DNA of 32,000 bases from Acaryochloris marina S15 (GCF_018336915.1 NZ_CP064923.1:5700001-5732000), one strand, 5' to 3'; shown: positions 9,240 to 19,039, numbered from the stretch's first letter. Notes: generated from the letters alone by a model not told the origin. A program made the numbers and translations.

Positions 9240-9284
9240 AAAAAAAGAGCTGACTGCAGGAAAAGATGCCCTGACAATCAGCTC
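9240..9284 (-). terminator. Rho-independent terminator downstream of the 9328-9651 gene
   Basis: 8-bp stem AGAGCTGA/TCAGCTCT (9245-9252 / 9277-9284) with inner CAGG/CCTG pairing, followed on the minus strand by a T5-6 run (A-run 9240-9245 on plus). Confidence 0.7.
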
Positions 9285-9327
9285 TAAAGTGTGTGAGGTA
9301 TGTGTGTTTAGCGTTTTGTTATCTCAG

Positions 9328-9651
9328 TTAGCGAATATGGGGGGCACCGTTAGGACCCCGCTTAACCACCTGTAGATTTTTTGGAGATTGAGCATTATTT
9401 TGGCGAATTTCTCTGGGTCGAGCAATCTGAGCCGCACCATGAGAACCACGAGTGATAATACTTGGAAATCCTTTGGCAGAGCTGCTAGGTCGAACTTGAG
9501 CATCTTGAGGAATGCGGTCTACTTTGACTTGGCGGGCTGCACCATGAGGGCCACGGGTAACAGTAATCGTTTCAGCAGTAGCAGGGGAAATAAAGCCCAG
9601 ACCCAAGACGGTTAAACCAGCTAAGATAGCGACTTGATTATTGCGTGTCAT
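9328..9651 (-). CDS. Small secreted basic protein (107 aa) with three RG(P/S)(H/N)GA(A/P) repeats; function unknown
   Basis: Internal ATG at 9651 preceded by GGAGAG. Signal peptide MTRNNQVAILAGLTVLGLGFISPATA/ET. Repeats are VTRGPHGAARQV, ITRGSHGAAQIA and VKRGPNGAPHIR. It has its own terminator. The ORF-track N-terminal extension (to 9807) has no support. Confidence 0.6.
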   Translation of the reverse strand: MTRNNQVAILAGLTVLGLGFISPATAETITVTRGPHGAARQVKVDRIPQDAQVRPSSSAKGFPSIITRGSHGAAQIARPREIRQNNAQSPKNLQVVKRGPNGAPHIR

Positions 9652-9701
9652 ATTTGTCTCTCCAACTTCAATGACTTCAATGTACGGGGAGTATCTGAAG
9701 C

Positions 9702-9720
9702 TGGAATGATGATTATCTGG
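9702..9720. promoter_or_regulatory. Weak candidate Zur-type half-site (TGGAATGATGATTATCTGG)
   Basis: It contains AATGATGATTATC, which resembles one and a half arms of the 19-bp box, 51-69 nt upstream of the 9651 start. Only about 11/19 match to the full palindrome. Confidence 0.3.
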
Positions 9721-9808
9721 GTGAGTTCCTGTAATTTGCTGAAGAGGCGATAAGGGATTTATGAGAAATCTGAGTGGTCTACTCAATCTCCCATAGTCCT
9801 GAATCACT

Positions 9809-10642
9809 TCACCAGGATGTCACTAATATCTCAGTAATCTTGCCGCGCTTTTGGGGATTGGAGTTGATAGCCCGAGACGCTTGAATCGAGTAAATATTGA
9901 ACCCCTGGTAAAGATCGCGGATAAAAGGGCAATCCGAATTAGATAGCATCACCTGCACCCCTCGATTCACTAATTCAGTAAATACCTGAGCCAATTTTAT
10001 TTGATCCTCCGCCGTAAATGCACCTTTTGAATAGGCCGTGAAATCGCTCGTAGCACTGATGGGGTGATAAGGCGGATCAAAATAGACAAAATCTTGGGCC
10101 GACTGAGCAACCTTCAAAATCGATTCAAAGGGCTGTTGACGGATCTGCACAGCTTGGAGAACTTCTGAAACAGCCTTAAGCAGAACGGTGTCACAAATTT
10201 TCGGTTTTTTATATCGTCCCATCGGCACATTGAATTGCCCTTTGGAATTCTCTCGATACAGGCCATTGAAACAGGTGCGATTGAGATAAATAAATCGAGC
10301 AGCACGCTCAGCTGGCGTGGGTGGACTAAGGGCACGAATTCGGTAGTAGTAGTCGTGGCCATGCTGGCAAGCATGGGTTTCTAGAGACTTCAGTACGTCA
10401 TCAATCTGATCACGAACGCAAGTATAGACATTGACCAATTCAGGATTCACATCGGATAGGACCGCCTGCTCCGGCTGTAAATGGAAAAAGATGGCGCCCC
10501 CTCCCAAGAAAGGCTCATAGTAAGAGCCAAAGTGTTGAGGGAAATGAGGGGTGTACTGAGCGATTAATCGACCTTTTCCCCCAGCCCATTTGAGAAACGG
10601 ACGGGCGGAAGATCGCGCTTGAGTCGGCAATGGGCTAGACAT
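9809..10642 (-). CDS. dam: Dam-family (D12 class) N6-adenine DNA methyltransferase, orphan
   Basis: RPFLKWAGGKGRL (motif X/I region), EPFLGGGAIFF (AdoMet binding), catalytic DPPY (FDPPYHP). No adjacent endonuclease candidate. Confidence 0.9.
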   Translation of the reverse strand: MSSPLPTQARSSARPFLKWAGGKGRLIAQYTPHFPQHFGSYYEPFLGGGAIFFHLQPEQAVLSDVNPELVNVYTCVRDQIDDVLKSLETHACQHGHDYYYRIRALSPPTPAERAARFIYLNRTCFNGLYRENSKGQFNVPMGRYKKPKICDTVLLKAVSEVLQAVQIRQQPFESILKVAQSAQDFVYFDPPYHPISATSDFTAYSKGAFTAEDQIKLAQVFTELVNRGVQVMLSNSDCPFIRDLYQGFNIYSIQASRAINSNPQKRGKITEILVTSW

Positions 10643-10737
10643 GAACAGGCAACCTCACAATATAGAAGGTTAAAGCTTTGGGTTAAGATCAGTCCTATGA
10701 ATCCGAGAAATCAATAATATAGATCGACTCAATAACT

Positions 10738-10944
10738 ATGGGTGACTTTTTTAAGAAACTCTCCTCGTATCCCAAACTCTTTTTGGCGATTGTCGTTGGG
10801 GTATTTTGGACTTTCATCAAGCCTCTGCAAGGGTTTACCAAGAATCCAGTCACTGGCATCGCTGCCCTGGGAATCATCGTCGGTGGCTTTGCTTTCCTCA
10901 GCTTCACTCTCAGTGCCATGATGGGGCTGACTCCATTAAACTAG
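10738..10944 (+). CDS. Small two-TM membrane protein, Ycf33/DUF751-like
   Basis: MGDFFKKLSSYPKLFLAIVVGVF...P pattern resembles the cyanobacterial/plastid Ycf33 N-terminus, with two hydrophobic segments. The assignment is from memory of the family pattern only. Confidence 0.5.
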   Translation: MGDFFKKLSSYPKLFLAIVVGVFWTFIKPLQGFTKNPVTGIAALGIIVGGFAFLSFTLSAMMGLTPLN

Positions 10945-11010
10945 GCGTTGGGGAGACAATATTAATCTATTAGCGGTTTCATCTCATTGAAGATGGAGGA
11001 GTAGAATCTG

Positions 11011-11427
11011 ATGGCTACAGGACGACGGGTTTCTCGCGTTGCCGAACTGATCAAACGCGAAGTCAGCCTCATGCTGTTACATGGCATCAAGGATGATCGA
11101 GTTGGGTCCGGCATGATTAGCGTTACGGCGGTAGATCTATCGGGTGATCTTCAGCATGCCAAGATTTTTGTCAGTATTTACGGCACAGAAGAGGCCAGAG
11201 CAGAAACAATGGCTGGTCTAGAATCAGCCACGGGTTATGTTCGCAAACAACTGGGGCATCGCATCCACCTTCGCCGCACGCCAGAAGTCATTTTTTGCGA
11301 AGATCGTTCCTTTGAAGACGGCAATCAGGTGTTGTCGTTGCTCCATAAACTCGATCATGAGCGCCAGAGTAAACCCACTGACCCAACTGAAAAGCCTCCT
11401 GTGGGATCCGTCGAAGCTGATTTCTAA
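11011..11427 (+). CDS. rbfA: Ribosome-binding factor A
   Basis: [18 protein letters not shown]...[18 protein letters not shown]...LRRTPEVIF is the canonical RbfA KH-like signature. Confidence 0.9.
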   Translation: MATGRRVSRVAELIKREVSLMLLHGIKDDRVGSGMISVTAVDLSGDLQHAKIFVSIYGTEEARAETMAGLESATGYVRKQLGHRIHLRRTPEVIFCEDRSFEDGNQVLSLLHKLDHERQSKPTDPTEKPPVGSVEADF

Positions 11428-11439
11428 TGGGATGAACTT

Positions 11440-13056
11440 TTGACTCATTTATTACCAGAGCCAGATTCCCTGTCTTTGCCAGAGCAAATTGCTCAAATGT
11501 TGGTCGTCCGAGCCTCCGGCTACCTATTCGATCATCAAATTCAATACCCCAGTTGGGAGCCCAAAGCGGACGTACTCCGCCATTGGCTAACAGACCTGGG
11601 AGTGGGTGGGGTGATTTTGCTGGGAGGCAGTGCAGGAGAGATTGCCTGTCGCTGTCAACAGTTGCAAGAGTGGGCTGCCATTCCCCTATTTATGGCAGCA
11701 GATATTGAGGAAGGCGTCGGACAACGCTTTTCTGGGGCAGCCTGGTTTCCACCGCCGTTAGCCCTATCAGGCATGGTTCAATCTGGAACTGCTATCGAGC
11801 AAGTTCAACAGTCTGCTCAGGCCATGGGGGCATGGACAGCACAAGAAGCCTTAGCCATCGGCTTAAATTGGGTGTTAGCGCCAGTAGTAGATGTCAATAA
11901 CAATCCCCAAAATCCAGTCATTAATGTGCGGGCCTTTGGCGAAACACCAGAGCTGGTCAGTCAATTGGCAACAACGTTTATTCAAGGCGCGCAACCCTAT
12001 CCCGTTTTGACAACAGCTAAGCATTTCCCTGGCCATGGTGATACAGCCACAGATTCCCACTTGGATTTACCGGTCATCCCCCATGATGTAAATCGGATTC
12101 GTAGTCTCGAATATCCGCCGTTTCAGGCTGCGATCGCAGCGAACGTGGATGGGGTAATGAGCGCTCATTTATTGATACCCGCTTTAGACCCGGAATATCC
12201 CGCTACCCTTTCTCCCAAAATTCTAACGGGGGAACTTCGGCAAGCTCTGGGATTTGATGGTCTGATTGTCACGGATGCTTTGGTGATGGGAGCAATTGCC
12301 AATCAATATGGAGACAATGAAGCAGCAGTGTTAGCAGTGGCTGCTGGAGCCGATATTTTGATGATGCCTGCGGATCCACCGGGTGCCATTTCTGCGGTGT
12401 GTGCAGCAGTGGAGCAGGGGCGCATTCCGTTAGAGCAAATTGAAGCATCAGTGGAGCGGATTTGGCGGGCGAAGCAGAAAATTACGAGCTATGAAGTGGA
12501 GGATACAAGCTATCAACATGCTTGGGAAACCCATACGCCTCTGCAGATCGACTTAGACCGATTGGGAACAACTGAGGCGATAGAGGCGACTGCCACAATT
12601 CTGCAGGGCTCGAATGTGGTGCAGGGACAGATCACTTCGGTGCCTGCTCATGCCCGCACGTTGATTATTGTGGATGATTTGTTGGATTGTGAGTTTCTGA
12701 GTCGTAAGGCTCCAGCAATTGATCTGCCTCGTAAGTTGGGCTATCAGGTGCAGATTGTGGATGGTAATACGCCTGAGATACTTTTAGATAAAGAGGCTCA
12801 GCCGACGTTTTTGCAACTGTTTATCAGGGGTAATCCGTTTAGAGGCAGCGCCCAGTTAAGTCGTAAGGCCGAAGCTTGGTTTGAGTTCTTGCTGAAATCT
12901 GGGCAGTTACAGGCCTTAGCCGTTTACGGCAGTCCCTATGCCTTAACTCAATTTCAAGCACAGCTTTCTGCTGAAATTCCCTATGGGTTTAGTTATGGGC
13001 AAATGCCTTTAGCACAAGAATCAGTTCTCAAAGAGCTTTTTGGTGAAATAGGGTAA
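11440..13056 (+). CDS. nagZ: Glycoside hydrolase family 3 beta-N-acetylhexosaminidase (NagZ-like) with a C-terminal extension
   Basis: GH3 motifs APVVDVN, KHFPGHGDTATDSHLDLP and GLIVTDAL. TTG start at 11440; alternative downstream starts are possible. Confidence 0.8.
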   Translation: MTHLLPEPDSLSLPEQIAQMLVVRASGYLFDHQIQYPSWEPKADVLRHWLTDLGVGGVILLGGSAGEIACRCQQLQEWAAIPLFMAADIEEGVGQRFSGAAWFPPPLALSGMVQSGTAIEQVQQSAQAMGAWTAQEALAIGLNWVLAPVVDVNNNPQNPVINVRAFGETPELVSQLATTFIQGAQPYPVLTTAKHFPGHGDTATDSHLDLPVIPHDVNRIRSLEYPPFQAAIAANVDGVMSAHLLIPALDPEYPATLSPKILTGELRQALGFDGLIVTDALVMGAIANQYGDNEAAVLAVAAGADILMMPADPPGAISAVCAAVEQGRIPLEQIEASVERIWRAKQKITSYEVEDTSYQHAWETHTPLQIDLDRLGTTEAIEATATILQGSNVVQGQITSVPAHARTLIIVDDLLDCEFLSRKAPAIDLPRKLGYQVQIVDGNTPEILLDKEAQPTFLQLFIRGNPFRGSAQLSRKAEAWFEFLLKSGQLQALAVYGSPYALTQFQAQLSAEIPYGFSYGQMPLAQESVLKELFGEIG

Positions 13057-13093
13057 CTGTAGTGAATGCTGATCAAGCTCCATTCATCACAGT

Positions 13094-13555
13094 TTAAGCA
13101 ATATCTATGGGTGGAGAAGGCTGTTGTTGTTTGAGTGCCTTCTGAACCAACTGTTGTAATTCTTGACGAGTAATTTCTTCTCCTGTATCCAAATCACCCG
13201 CCGTCTCCAAAAAGAGAATGCTATCCACAGGCTCCAACGCCAACAGCTGAAACAGCAACGGAATCACCGGCACTGGCAATGCTACCAAATCCGCTGACCG
13301 ACTCGACCGAGTCGCATCTTGCAAATTAGCAAACCCATACACCACCGTTTTCTCCAGCCCTGGCTTTTGCCGATGCTGCAACGTCGTTAACTGCCAATTC
13401 CCCTGCAAATTTTGCAGAATATAGTACTGCTCAAACTTCAAATGCTGCTCCGCTAACTCTTTAAGCAACGGGGCAATAATTCGAATCGCAGCAGGCATCC
13501 CTCCCTCTTGTGGAGCCTCATCAATCAGTGTTTGCACCTGGGGCTGCAAATCCAT
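13094..13555 (-). CDS. Hypothetical protein (153 aa)
   Basis: The ATG at 13555 lies 2 nt after the ilvB stop (TAAGCATG), suggesting coupling. The ORF-track start at 13576 would overlap ilvB. I recognise no family. Confidence 0.5.
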   Translation of the reverse strand: MDLQPQVQTLIDEAPQEGGMPAAIRIIAPLLKELAEQHLKFEQYYILQNLQGNWQLTTLQHRQKPGLEKTVVYGFANLQDATRSSRSADLVALPVPVIPLLFQLLALEPVDSILFLETAGDLDTGEEITRQELQQLVQKALKQQQPSPPIDIA

Positions 13556-13557
13556 GC

Positions 13558-15366
13558 TTATAACTTCGTCCCACATTCAGGGCAAAAGCTATTCGATGAC
13601 GTATTTTTGGCCCCACAGCTACTGCAATAAATGAGCTCTGCCGCCTTTTCCAACTTTTTTTGATCCGGCAACCCTAGCATTTGAGCATTGCTCTTACCTG
13701 GAGCCACCATCGGATAGCAGTTTTCATCTCGTGTTACCTGAGCATCTAACAGGTAGGGACCGTCGAACGCCAACATCTCAGCAACTGCACTTTCCAAATC
13801 GTTGCGTTCTCTCAGGATTCCACCTTTAACGCCAAACGCCTCTGCCAATTTCTCAAAATTGGGCATCCCCGCTTCCATATTGGAATTGGAATAGCGCTCG
13901 CCAAAAAAGGCTTGCTGCCACTGGCGCACCATTCCCTGCCAGAAGTTGTTGATAATGACCGTTTTCACCTTGATGCCATACTGGGCCAGGGTAGCCAATT
14001 CCTGCAAATTCATCTGGAAACTGGCATCGCCACTAATACAGATGACTTGATCATTGGGTAAGGCTACCTGCACCCCCATTGCCGCAGGCAAACCATAGCC
14101 CATCGTTCCTAAGCCACCACTAGTAGCCCACTGTCGAGGACCATTTTGCAAAAACTGAGCCGCCCACATTTGATGTTGGCCCACATCTGTCGTGTAGTAG
14201 GCATGGGGAGCTTGCTTCCTCAGCTCAAAAATCACTTCTTGCGGAGATAACTTCTCTGCCGGTCTGGGTACGGTGAGCGGATAATCTCGCTGCCAACGCT
14301 CTACTCGCGATCGCCATTCTTGAGTCTGGACTGGATCAACAGGCGAAGCCTGTTTTGCCAACTTCAGCATTTCTATTAAGACTGGCTTCACACTTCCCAC
14401 AATCGGGACGGTAGGGGGACGATTTTTGCCCACTTCTGCTGGGTCAATATCGATATGAACCACCTTCGCCCTAGAGGCAAATTCATCCAGTTTGCCTGTC
14501 ACCCGATCATCAAAGCGGGCACCCACTGCAATCAGCAAGTCGCATTCACTCACGGCAAAATTGGCATAGGCCGTGCCATGCATTCCCAACATGCCGACAG
14601 ACAATGGGTGGGTCTCATCAAAGGAGCCTTTCCCCATCAAAGTAGTCGTCACTGGAATTTGGAACCACTCTGCTAGCTCTTTCAGCTCCCCATGGGCACC
14701 TGACGAAATAGCCCCACCCCCCACGTATAAGAGAGGTGATTTAGCTGCTCGAATCAGTTCAAGGGCTTGTTTAATTTGGCGAGGGTTACCTTTGACCGTA
14801 GGGCGATAGCCTTTCAAGCTAACCGCCCCGGGCTGCACAGGGGTATAGTCAAATTCCTGCTGACCCACATCTTTGGGCACATCAATCAAGACGGGTCCCG
14901 GTCTGCCAGTTCCGGCAATATGGAAGGCTTCCGCCACGATCCGAGCCATATCAGCAGGATCCCGGACCACATAAGAATGCTTAACGATGGGGAGGGTAAT
15001 CCCGAAGATATCGGTCTCTTGAAAGGCATCACTGCCAATCGCGGGTCGATTCACCTGTCCCGTAATCACCACCATCGGAATTGAATCCATATGGGCCGTA
15101 GCAATTCCAGTGACCAAGTTGGTCGCCCCCGGACCGGAGGTGCCAAAACACACGCCAACCTGTCCCGTTGCTCTGGCATAACCATCGGCAGCATGGGATG
15201 CCCCTTGCTCATGGCGAACCAAAATATGCTTCAGATCGCCACGCTGTTCGGCCTTATAGACCTCATCATAAATTGGCAAAATCGCACCACCAGGATAGCC
15301 AAAAATATGTTTGACGCCGTGATTTTTTAGACTATCGAGTAAAGCAAAAGCTCCGGTCGCACGCAC
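13558..15366 (-). CDS. ilvB: Acetolactate synthase (AHAS) large catalytic subunit with a C-terminal CxxC-x10-CxxC zinc-ribbon tail
   Basis: ThDP-enzyme motifs ([46 protein letters not shown]). GTG start. The final 22 aa are [22 protein letters not shown]. Confidence 0.95.
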   Translation of the reverse strand: MRATGAFALLDSLKNHGVKHIFGYPGGAILPIYDEVYKAEQRGDLKHILVRHEQGASHAADGYARATGQVGVCFGTSGPGATNLVTGIATAHMDSIPMVVITGQVNRPAIGSDAFQETDIFGITLPIVKHSYVVRDPADMARIVAEAFHIAGTGRPGPVLIDVPKDVGQQEFDYTPVQPGAVSLKGYRPTVKGNPRQIKQALELIRAAKSPLLYVGGGAISSGAHGELKELAEWFQIPVTTTLMGKGSFDETHPLSVGMLGMHGTAYANFAVSECDLLIAVGARFDDRVTGKLDEFASRAKVVHIDIDPAEVGKNRPPTVPIVGSVKPVLIEMLKLAKQASPVDPVQTQEWRSRVERWQRDYPLTVPRPAEKLSPQEVIFELRKQAPHAYYTTDVGQHQMWAAQFLQNGPRQWATSGGLGTMGYGLPAAMGVQVALPNDQVICISGDASFQMNLQELATLAQYGIKVKTVIINNFWQGMVRQWQQAFFGERYSNSNMEAGMPNFEKLAEAFGVKGGILRERNDLESAVAEMLAFDGPYLLDAQVTRDENCYPMVAPGKSNAQMLGLPDQKKLEKAAELIYCSSCGAKNTSSNSFCPECGTKL

Positions 15367-15509
15367 AGGAGAACCTCACATTCAGATCCAATTGCAAAAA
15401 GAGTATTTATCGTCCGTTGAGAAGTGACAATTGTATAGATCTATATAGTTTAAGCGGAGTGACTTCAACCTGTCGAGAGAAATTGCAGAAGAGTTTACAA
15501 CAAGAGACG

Positions 15510-16799
15510 TTAAATCACGTCCTGCAAGACTTTCCGGGTACTACGCCAAACCAAGAAACCCGCCACCACGACGGTGATCCCCATAGCAATCAACACTCGC
15601 CGCAGCCCTAAAACATCTGCCAAAATACCGGCAACTGCCAAAGGCACGCTTAAAGCAATATTAACCACATTGTTCTGGAATCCAAACACTTTACCCCGCA
15701 TATCTGGCGGTGTCTTGACCTGAATCAGAGTCTGCATTGGCACCCCAATCATCGCGGCCCCTATCCCTAAGAACATGCTCAAGCTCAAGCTCAACGCAAT
15801 ACTGAGGTCAACCCCCAACCAGTCTTTATGGATAAACGAAAACAGCATCAGCACCACGCCCATGCTGATAAACCCAAATAGGGGCAAGGGTAAATGGTGA
15901 AATCGGTCTCCCCATTGGCCCAAGACACCCGCTCCAATCACCAGACCCACCCCAGCCGCTGCTAGCAAGAAGCCAAACTGGCTGGGTTTTTCAAAGCCCA
16001 CTTTTTCTGCTAAACCAATCGATAGAACCGACAGAGCTGCAAAAACGCAATACAGCATCGTCAGCTGCACCATTGCATTACTAATCAACCGATTTTTACG
16101 CAGGTAGGCGAAACCCAATTTCAAGTCGCTAAAGGGGTGTAAGGCCACCGCTTCGTTATGCTTTTTCTCGCGCAAGGGCAGCATGATCCCCAGGACAATC
16201 GCCGACAGCACGTACAATCCGCCCACCAACAATTCCCGACCATTCACACCACCCCAATTTTGTGACCAGCTTAGCAGGGGATCTCCGACGGCAAAGCCAA
16301 CGACTAAAGAGCCCATCATCGTCGTCGTAAATAGGGCATTCGCGGGCATTAGGTTACGTGGCTTTACCAATACCGGAATAGCCGCCTGCTCAGCTGGAGC
16401 AAAGAACTGGGTCAAGATCGATTCCAAAAACGCGACCGTTAGCAGCAGTGGAAAGAAGGGTAAAGACTTGGGCAACACGATAATGACTAAGGTCAACAAG
16501 CCCCGCATCAAGGTTGTGGTCCATAAAATCTGCTTCTTCGACCATCGATCGACAAAAATGCCCGCTGCAGATCCAAAGAACACTGCTGGCAGTGTATTGG
16601 CAATCATCACCGATGACCGCATGGAGTTCTCAATATTTTCTGGGGGTTGGTAGTCGCCTACCAAGGTAATTAGCAGTACAAAAAAAAACTTGTCCGCTAA
16701 CTGTGAAATAATCTGTCCCGCCCACAGGACCACAAAGGCCCGATTATCCATCAGGGAACGAAATCCACCGTTAGAGGGTTGGGGGTCAGAAGTCTGCAT
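15510..16799 (-). CDS. MFS transporter (about 12 TM)
   Basis: Highly hydrophobic 429-aa protein with an MFS-like N-terminus (FVVLWAGQIISQLADKF) and a DRWSKK loop between TM2 and TM3. Substrate unknown. Confidence 0.8.
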   Translation of the reverse strand: MQTSDPQPSNGGFRSLMDNRAFVVLWAGQIISQLADKFFFVLLITLVGDYQPPENIENSMRSSVMIANTLPAVFFGSAAGIFVDRWSKKQILWTTTLMRGLLTLVIIVLPKSLPFFPLLLTVAFLESILTQFFAPAEQAAIPVLVKPRNLMPANALFTTTMMGSLVVGFAVGDPLLSWSQNWGGVNGRELLVGGLYVLSAIVLGIMLPLREKKHNEAVALHPFSDLKLGFAYLRKNRLISNAMVQLTMLYCVFAALSVLSIGLAEKVGFEKPSQFGFLLAAAGVGLVIGAGVLGQWGDRFHHLPLPLFGFISMGVVLMLFSFIHKDWLGVDLSIALSLSLSMFLGIGAAMIGVPMQTLIQVKTPPDMRGKVFGFQNNVVNIALSVPLAVAGILADVLGLRRVLIAMGITVVVAGFLVWRSTRKVLQDVI

Positions 16800-16968
16800 A
16801 AATCCGCATGGTGATGTAATCGGTTGGACTGCGAGGGAAGGTACTCATAGACTGCCCAGTCCCAGGGCAAGACACAACTCAAGCAACCGCAATATTGTAC
16901 TCAACTAGGGGGCTTTGCCGAAATTATCCTCTCAATCAAGGCCCTCAAGATAGTCCATAAATAGCACT

Positions 16969-16992
16969 AAACCCCTGACAAAGCAGGGGTTT
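16969..16992 (-). terminator. Hairpin AAACCCCTG-N6-CAGGGGTTT, probable hpf terminator
   Basis: 9-bp perfect stem 23 nt downstream of the hpf stop. The U-tract is partly inside the stem, followed by AGUGCUAUUU. Confidence 0.5.
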
Positions 16993-17014
16993 ATATTGTC
17001 AGACTTAGCAAACG

Positions 17015-17653
17015 TTATACGGTTTGAAAATCAGTTTGTTTCGCTTGACCGTTGGTGCTGGGATTACCCTGGCGAGGCTGAATCACCCCATATCCACCAT
17101 GATTCCGTTCGTAAATTACATTCAGCTGACCCGTGTCTGCATTTTCAAACACGTAGAAATCATGGTCAACCAAGTCCAACTGTTCAAGGGCGTCATGAAT
17201 CGACATGGGCGCAATAGCAAAGTATTTGCACCGCACCACTTCTTCGGGTAATTCCGGAGCGCGATCGCTGGTCAAATCCCCAATCAGTGGCTGCTCTTCT
17301 GTAATTTGGAGAGCAACAGCTTTTGAACGATTAGAACCTTTATTAGGCCCTTTCGTCTGCCGCTTCTCTTTGTACTTACGGAGCTGGCGAGCAATTTTGT
17401 CAGCGACCAGGTCAATGCTGGCGTATAGATTTTCTGAACTCTCTTCTGCCCGAATGACAGAACCATTTACAAATAGGGTAACTTCCGCTGTTTGCTTGGT
17501 CGTTATTCTAGGATTACGAGCAACCGACAAATGTACATCGATTTCTGTAGTTAAATTCTGATAATGACTGGCAGCCTTTTCGATCTTTTGGTGGACGTAC
17601 TCACGAATTGCATCGGTGATCTCAATATTCTTGCCATGAATAACAAGCTTCAT
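17015..17653 (-). CDS. hpf: Long-form ribosome hibernation promoting factor (LrtA-type)
   Basis: The ATG at 17653 with GGAGG 8 nt upstream gives [20 protein letters not shown] (the sigma54-modulation/RaiA fold), plus the C-terminal dimerisation domain ([27 protein letters not shown]). Confidence 0.9.
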   Translation of the reverse strand: MKLVIHGKNIEITDAIREYVHQKIEKAASHYQNLTTEIDVHLSVARNPRITTKQTAEVTLFVNGSVIRAEESSENLYASIDLVADKIARQLRKYKEKRQTKGPNKGSNRSKAVALQITEEQPLIGDLTSDRAPELPEEVVRCKYFAIAPMSIHDALEQLDLVDHDFYVFENADTGQLNVIYERNHGGYGVIQPRQGNPSTNGQAKQTDFQTV

Positions 17654-17824
17654 AGGGTTGCCTCCCCTAATGGTCAGTGTTAACCTCACCCTAACATTTT
17701 GTATTCTGCAAGGGGGGACTGTTCTGCTCTGTCTTCAACTTGCTTCGCATCCCGTGATAATTCTTAAATGCTGCCAACCTAGGATTACTGGAAAATACCC
17801 TTGATTTCATCACATCCATCGGTT

Positions 17825-18523
17825 ATGGCGTCTGACTCATCTCTCCGTCCTTGTTGGCTGTACCAAATGGGTCTGGTGGACTACCAACAAGCTTGGGATT
17901 GGCAGCGGCAACTGGTGTGCGATCGCATTCACAATCCTCAACTTCCCGATACACTGATCCTGCTAGAGCATCCCCCCGTCTATACTCTCGGGCAAGGGGC
18001 CAGCCTAGACTTTCTCAAATTCAATCCTGAACAATCGGATCATGCTCTCCACCGCATCGAACGGGGCGGAGAAGTGACCTACCATTGTCCCGGACAGCTT
18101 GTGGGCTATCCCATCCTCAACCTCAAGCACCATCAACCCGATTTGCATTGGTATCTACGGCAGCTAGAAGAAGTGATTATCCGCACTCTAGATATCTATG
18201 GATTGGCAGCAGAGCGAATTCCTGGGTTGACTGGGGTGTGGCTAAACAATTGCAAAGTCGCAGCCATCGGCATTAAAGTCAGTCGCTGGATTACCATGCA
18301 TGGCTTTTCCCTCAATATCAACCCTGATTTGTCTGGCTTTGACCAAATTATTCCTTGCGGCATCCAAAATCGGGCCGTCGGCAGCTTAACTCAATTTATT
18401 CCCAATCTCGACAGTGCAGAGGTTACTGCAACCTTACTCCATCAGTTTGCCCAAGTGTTTGATATTGCTCTAGTACCAGAGGGTCCTGTGCCCTTCTCTA
18501 GTCATGCTCCATCCTCCAATTAA
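17825..18523 (+). CDS. lipB: Octanoyltransferase LipB
   Basis: [47 protein letters not shown]. The start is ambiguous: ATG 17825 (used here) or TTG 17801 (ORF track). Confidence 0.9.
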   Translation: MASDSSLRPCWLYQMGLVDYQQAWDWQRQLVCDRIHNPQLPDTLILLEHPPVYTLGQGASLDFLKFNPEQSDHALHRIERGGEVTYHCPGQLVGYPILNLKHHQPDLHWYLRQLEEVIIRTLDIYGLAAERIPGLTGVWLNNCKVAAIGIKVSRWITMHGFSLNINPDLSGFDQIIPCGIQNRAVGSLTQFIPNLDSAEVTATLLHQFAQVFDIALVPEGPVPFSSHAPSSN

Positions 18524-18529
18524 TCAGTC

Positions 18530-19039
18530 ATGATAGAAAGGCAGCTTCCTTCTCCAGCAATGCCCTTATCTATGGCCCCTAGCTCCACCTCTCAAACTGA
18601 CGATCACTTTTTGATTACCTTTGCCCCTCTCAGCCTCGAAGACCTCTATCGCCACGCCGATCATCCTCATAACGGAGCCATTGTAGTGATGAGCGGTACT
18701 GTCCGTGATCAAACAGACGGCCAAGAGGTGCTCTCCCTTGAGTATCAAGCCTATGAACCCATGGCTCTCAAAGTCTTCCAAACCATCGCCACTGAGATTC
18801 GCCAGCGCTGGCCAGAGGTCAACCGGATTGCCATTCACCACCGCACTGGCCATCTAAAAATTAGCGAGATTAGTGTCCTCGTAGCAATTGGCTGTCCTCA
18901 CCGATCTGAAGCCTTTTCCGCCTGTCAGTACGCCATTGATACCCTCAAACACAATGCTCCCATTTGGAAAAAAGAACACTGGGCCGATGGCTCTAGTAGT
19001 TGGGTCAATATTGGGGCCTGTGAACAAGAAAAGCCTTAG
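18530..19039 (+). CDS. moaE: Molybdopterin synthase catalytic subunit MoaE
   Basis: GAIVVMSGTVRD...LEYQAYEPMA...HRTGHLKISEISVLVA...PHRSEAF..C.YAID.LK..APIWKKE. The start could be one of the downstream Met codons. Confidence 0.9.
   Translation: MIERQLPSPAMPLSMAPSSTSQTDDHFLITFAPLSLEDLYRHADHPHNGAIVVMSGTVRDQTDGQEVLSLEYQAYEPMALKVFQTIATEIRQRWPEVNRIAIHHRTGHLKISEISVLVAIGCPHRSEAFSACQYAIDTLKHNAPIWKKEHWADGSSSWVNIGACEQEKP

Noticed and set aside
9652-9807. N-terminal extension of the small secreted protein (159 aa)
   Set aside because: There is no RBS at 9807, and the extension precedes rather than forms the signal peptide. GGAGAG sits 7 nt before the ATG at 9651, and the extension includes the Zur-like half-site (translated as PDNHHS).
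9809-10642. Dam methylase as half of a restriction-modification defence system
   Set aside because: Neither neighbour (a secreted repeat protein and a Ycf33-like membrane protein) resembles a nuclease, so this is treated as an orphan methyltransferase.
10695-10919. 74-aa minus-strand ORF opposite the Ycf33-like gene
   Set aside because: It is the shadow of the plus-strand membrane-protein frame, which has the recognisable MGDFF…P…F pattern and two TM segments.
14455-15330. Several 73-105-aa plus-strand ORFs antisense to ilvB, and similar ORFs antisense to the MFS gene (16183-16908), hpf (17024-17561), yidC (20288-21244), dnaN (24977-25630) and the beta-helix gene (26986-28251)
   Set aside because: They are fully nested in strongly supported genes on the opposite strand, with biased shadow-frame composition and no recognisable motifs.
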